A DNA stretch of 64,000 nt from Schmidtea polychroa (lineage: Eukaryota), in contig CM097885.1 of NCBI GenBank assembly GCA_044892525.1, positions 38,008,001 to 38,072,000 on the forward strand, given 5' to 3'. The notes below the pieces were generated by a model. It saw only the letters and a program-made list of their open reading frames with translations, was not told where the DNA came from and ran no database searches. Shown in pieces: positions 59,431-64,000 of the stretch. Position 1 is the stretch's first letter; each line of letters starts with the position of its first letter. The position numbers and the translations under genes were made by a program.

Positions 59431-62400
59431 AGTAGTGGATATAAGACCCACATGCACACGCCCCTCTGGAAAAGTGGCCTCCAATCTCTTATTTTATAAC
59501 AAAAAGACCTTAAATTTTTACACTTTTAACTCATTTAGACCTTATATTTTCAACACATAAAACCAAGTGATCCAAAACGTTTTCTGTTTTAAATCCTATA
59601 AACATAAAGAAAATAGGAGAAGAGATGGAAATTCACAATCTCCATGTGGGGTTGCGTGCATGTGGGTCTTATATCCACTACTTATAGCAAATCGCCAGGT
59701 TGGCAGCTTGCCAATTTGGTAATTATAAAAATTTAAAAAATCTAAAAACAGAGTATCCAATAAAAAAATTTTTTTAAAAAATGAATATTTATAATTGTGA
59801 TGTTTGTCAAAAAAATTTTAAAAATAGAACTGCTCTAATATCTCATCAAAAATCAAAAGCTCATTTATTAAAAACAAATAGACTTGATAATTCAAACTCA
59901 AAAATTTGTTCAAAATGTAAAGTTAGATATTTACTTTCAGGATATGATAAACATTTTGAAAGTTGTATTGGAGTTCCTAAAAATAGAGAAAAATTTGAAT
60001 GTTCTATATGTTTATCAAAATTTAATATAAAATGTTATTATTTAAAACATGTAAAATCATGTGCTATAAAGAACAAACAACCAATACCTAAAAGAGATTC
60101 TGATTCCGAAGAAGATTCTGATATTGAACCTGAACATATTGAAAAAGAAAAATATAATTGGGACAACTTCAATCACATAGATATATTTGGAGAACAAATG
60201 TTTTCCTCCACAATCTCAGAGTATATAAGAGAAAATAAACAAAACATAAAAAATTCAATGGATAATGCTATAAGAATTTTTGGTCGATCAAGATTGAATA
60301 TTATAAAATATAAAGTTAGAATCTCTACAAAATATTGGAGAGGAGAAGGAGTAGGTACAACCCCTTTAGATTCTAGTGTTGAATCCTCTTTTAAATATTT
60401 ATTCTCAACAAAAGGAATAAATAAAACCATTAAAGATTTATGTAGAGAGATGGGAGAACAACAAGAACAAATAGAACAAGAATTAGGAGAATCAAATTTA
60501 AGATTTCATTCTTTCCAATCTATAGAAATTGAATATTGGAGAGCAGCACCACCAAATCCTAAATCTTTTATCCGTACACCATTCGACTCCAACTATGTTA
60601 TAAATGTACAGAATAGTGATAACAAATGTTTTCAATGGTCAATACTTGCTCACCTTCATCCTCAACCAACAAACCCCCAAAGGGTTTCTAAATATAAACA
60701 ATATGAAAATGAATTAATATATCCAAAAGGATTTAAACATCCAATGAAAATTGAAGACATTCCAGCTTTTGAAAATTTAAATAATATTAAACTTAATATT
60801 TATGAATATGTTCCAGATAAAGATGATTTTAGGAAACATATTATTCCAATTTATATTTCAAATAAAATACTATTAGAACAAGATAAAAATAGAGAAATAG
60901 ATCTTTTAATATTAGAAGAATTTAATAATGTTGATCAAAGAGAGTTTAATCAAGGTTATGTTTATAATGAAGATGAAGAAGGGCCAGGGCAAGATTTAAA
61001 TCTTCAACAACATGAAGAAGAAGACCCAGGGCTATTTGAGTCAGGGTTAGATGAAGAGGAATGGATAGAGTTAGGGTCAGGAGTAGAGGACGAGCAGAAC
61101 CTAGAAAGGAATCAACATTATATTTTAATAAAAAACTTTCAAAGTTTTATGCGTACAAGAAATCTAGCTAGAGGGGGTATAACATGTAAAAGATGTCTTC
61201 ATTATTCAACCTCTAAAAACTCAATAATTAAACACGAAAGATTATGTGAGAAGAACCAACCAGCTTTAATTAAAATGCCTACAAACACAGACATGCACTT
61301 TAAAAATTTTTCTAATTTATTAGAATCATTAGGTGTAATAATAGGAGACTTTGAAGCAGTAAATATAGAACATGATTTAGAAAAAGAATATTTAAAAATA
61401 ATAGATAAACAGGGATTATTAGATTCTTGGTATAATTATTCCCAAAAGGTATCAGAGACACCTAGACCAATGTGGCAGACTATGAAAAACTTTCTATGGG
61501 AAAATAGAAAATCTTATACAATAAGAACTGCTAAACAAATACCATCAGCCTATAAACTCTTTTTTAAAAGTAATTACCCTGAACTCATAGAATCTAAAGA
61601 ATAATCATATAGAGGAAGCTCTTCGGAATAAAATAAAATTTTCTAATGAACAATGGAGAGAATATAAAAATGCTTCAAATTGTTGGATGTGTAAAGCTTC
61701 GTGTGAGAGTGACCCCTGAGAATCAACCTTCTGGGAATCCAATCTCTGATACTTTACCCTCCGAGACCATTGAAGAAGAAGAACAAAGAATTTTTCATGA
61801 AAGACAATCTTCAAACATAAAAGTCCCCGATCATGATCATTTTAAAAGTGAAAATAATTATCGAGGAGCAGCTCATAAAAATTGCAATCTTAATTGCCAT
61901 ACTCCTAAATTTATACCTGTTATATTTCATAATCTTTTTGGTTATGATTTACATTTATTTATAAAGGCTCTAGCAGTAAATGCTAAAAACTCTTTCAAAG
62001 TTATCGGCTTAACAAAAGAAAAATATAAATGTGTACAATATGGTTGTTTAAAATTTATAGATTCTCTAAACTTTCTAGGAATGCCTCTAGATGCAGTAGC
62101 AAAAACAATGAAACCAGAAGATTTTAAATATACAACAGAGCATGTTTTGATAAAAAATAATATTCCTCCAGAAGAATATCCAACATGTTTAGCAAAAGGA
62201 ATCTACCCCTATGATTACATGAATTCATTTGATAAATATAATGAAACAAAATTACCAGAGAAAGAAGCATTCTCTTCAGTGCTTAAACAATCAAATATTA
62301 CTGATCAAGAATATTCTCGAGCAAATAAAATGTGGGAATTATTCAAGTGTAAAAACCTTGGGGAATATACTGACATGTATTTATCCCTTGATGTTTATAT

Positions 62401-64000
62401 TTTAGCAGACTGTTTTGAAACCTTCTGTAAAGCCTTTGAATTAAAACCTTATAATTATATAACACTGCCAGCTCTAGCTTGGGATATAATGTTATATAAT
62501 ATATGGATTGAAGAAGTATTAGAAACAAGAGATAAAATTATAGAATTATTAAAAGATCTTGATATGTTTAACGTATTTAAACATAATATTAGAGGAGGTA
62601 TTTCTTCTGTAATGGGGGATAGAGAAATAACTGCAAATAATTCCTTAACTCTTTATAGAAAATTCTTTAAAGATACAGACGCAGACTATATACAAATAAA
62701 AACTCCAGAAGACTCTAAATTAATAACAGAAGGTTTAACCGATCCATGTGAAATATTTTATCCTGATGCAACTGCTCTATATGGGGGTGTAATGACTGAA
62801 TATTTACCAATTGGAAACTTCACCTGGGTTGATATTCCTAAAGAAAAAGATAAACTAGATGATCTTATAAAAGAAATCCTATTAACCCCTAAAGATTCAG
62901 AGGTTGGATATGCTATAGAATGTGATTTCGAGTACCCTGATAGAATAAAATCTAGAACTAGATTTCTTCCCCTTGCACCAATAAAAAGAGAGATAGATCG
63001 AGAAGAACTTTCACTTTGGCAAATCTTAAAAAATATAGTAACAAATATAAAACTTCTTTGTGACCAAACAAATCGAGAATATTATCTTTCTCATTATTGA
63101 CTCTTTCAATTTAATCTTTCACATGGACTGTGTTTGAAGAATATTCGTTATATTATAAAATTCAGACAAGCACCATTCATGAAAAAGTTTATAGAAGGAA
63201 ATATTAAGAAACGAAATGAAGCAAAAAGAGCTGGAAATATCTATCTTGACGTGATATACAAACTTTTAAACAACGCAGTCTTCGGAAAGACTATGGAAAA
63301 TGTTGATAAATACACTCGAGTAGAGTTATTAACAAATACTCCTAGAGATTTCAATAGATATAATAGAATGCTTGGAAAACCAACATTTAAAAATGCAGAA
63401 GTGTTCTCAAAGAACCTAGTCGCAATTGAAATACAAAATAATGAAAAAACTTATAATAAACCAATCTTTATAGGCTTCTCTATTTTAGAACTTTCTAAAC
63501 TACAAATGTATGAGACCTACTATGATGTTCTAGTGCCACACTATGGAGATCGAATATCCTTACATGCAATGGATACAGATAGTTTCTTTTTTAAAATATA
63601 TGGTAAAGATGTGAAAAAAGAAATAGCTGAAAATCCTATACTTTCTAAACTAATAAATTCATCCGGAGAATTATTCACTTTTAAAGATGAAAAACCAAAT
63701 ACCCCAATATTAGATGGAGTATTTATTAGACCTAAACAATATTCACTTGAAGTGACAGAAAAGCCGAAAACAGAAAAGCAAACAATTAAAATTATGTATA
63801 AAAATCCAACAACCCTTGAAATGGAAGAAATAGATTATACATTTGAACGACCAATAATGACAGATACAAAAACCTTTAACGATAACAAATGTAAAGGGAT
63901 ACAAAAATCAGTATCTAAGAATATCACTCATCAAGATTATAAAGATGCACTAAAAGAAAACCATCAAGATAAAATAGAAGAGGTACATCAACTTAAATCT
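59431..64000 (+). mobile_element. Second Polinton (different family): left end plus pPolB, running out of the window
   Basis: AGTAGT terminus at the integrase breakpoint and a pPolB 350 bp downstream; TSD cannot be verified in this window. Confidence 0.72.
59781..64000 (+). pseudogene. pPolB with N-terminal zinc fingers, disrupted (stops at 61602 and 63098, frameshift)
   Basis: C2H2-like fingers, NVQN.DNKCFQWSILA, GDFE, DHDH..YRGAAH..CN, KGIYPYDY, DATALYG, KLLNNAVFGKT, MDTDSF. Confidence 0.9.

Overview
AT-rich eukaryotic DNA dense in (AAT)n microsatellites and transposons, probably a flatworm/planarian-like invertebrate (inferred from composition and short introns, not demonstrated). Host genes: the last four exons of SETD2 (+; WW and SRI domains), two tandem two-exon class-2 DYRK kinase paralogs (-) sharing a near-identical tract, and a decayed actin pseudogene. 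A complete 11.9-kb Polinton/Maverick (15869-27753; AGTAG..CTACT TIRs, GTTTAA TSD) sits in the intron of the first DYRK. It carries ATPase, integrase, penton, major capsid, protease and an intact pPolB that appears to gain its N-terminus from three spliced micro-exons. A second, degenerate Polinton starts at about 59431. Two young LTR elements interrupt the actin pseudogene. One is a Gypsy with a -1 frameshift signal. The other is a pol-less element encoding a ubiquitin-BEL/Pao-Gag fusion, whose 840-bp LTRs contain captured fragments of the host ESCRT-II gene SNF8 and proteasome gene PSMA6; this is the most unusual item in the window. Also present: hATm, MULE, piggyBac-type MITE, pogo, Penelope, NeSL/R2-group and Gypsy relics. 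All homology calls are by motif recognition; no database searches were run.
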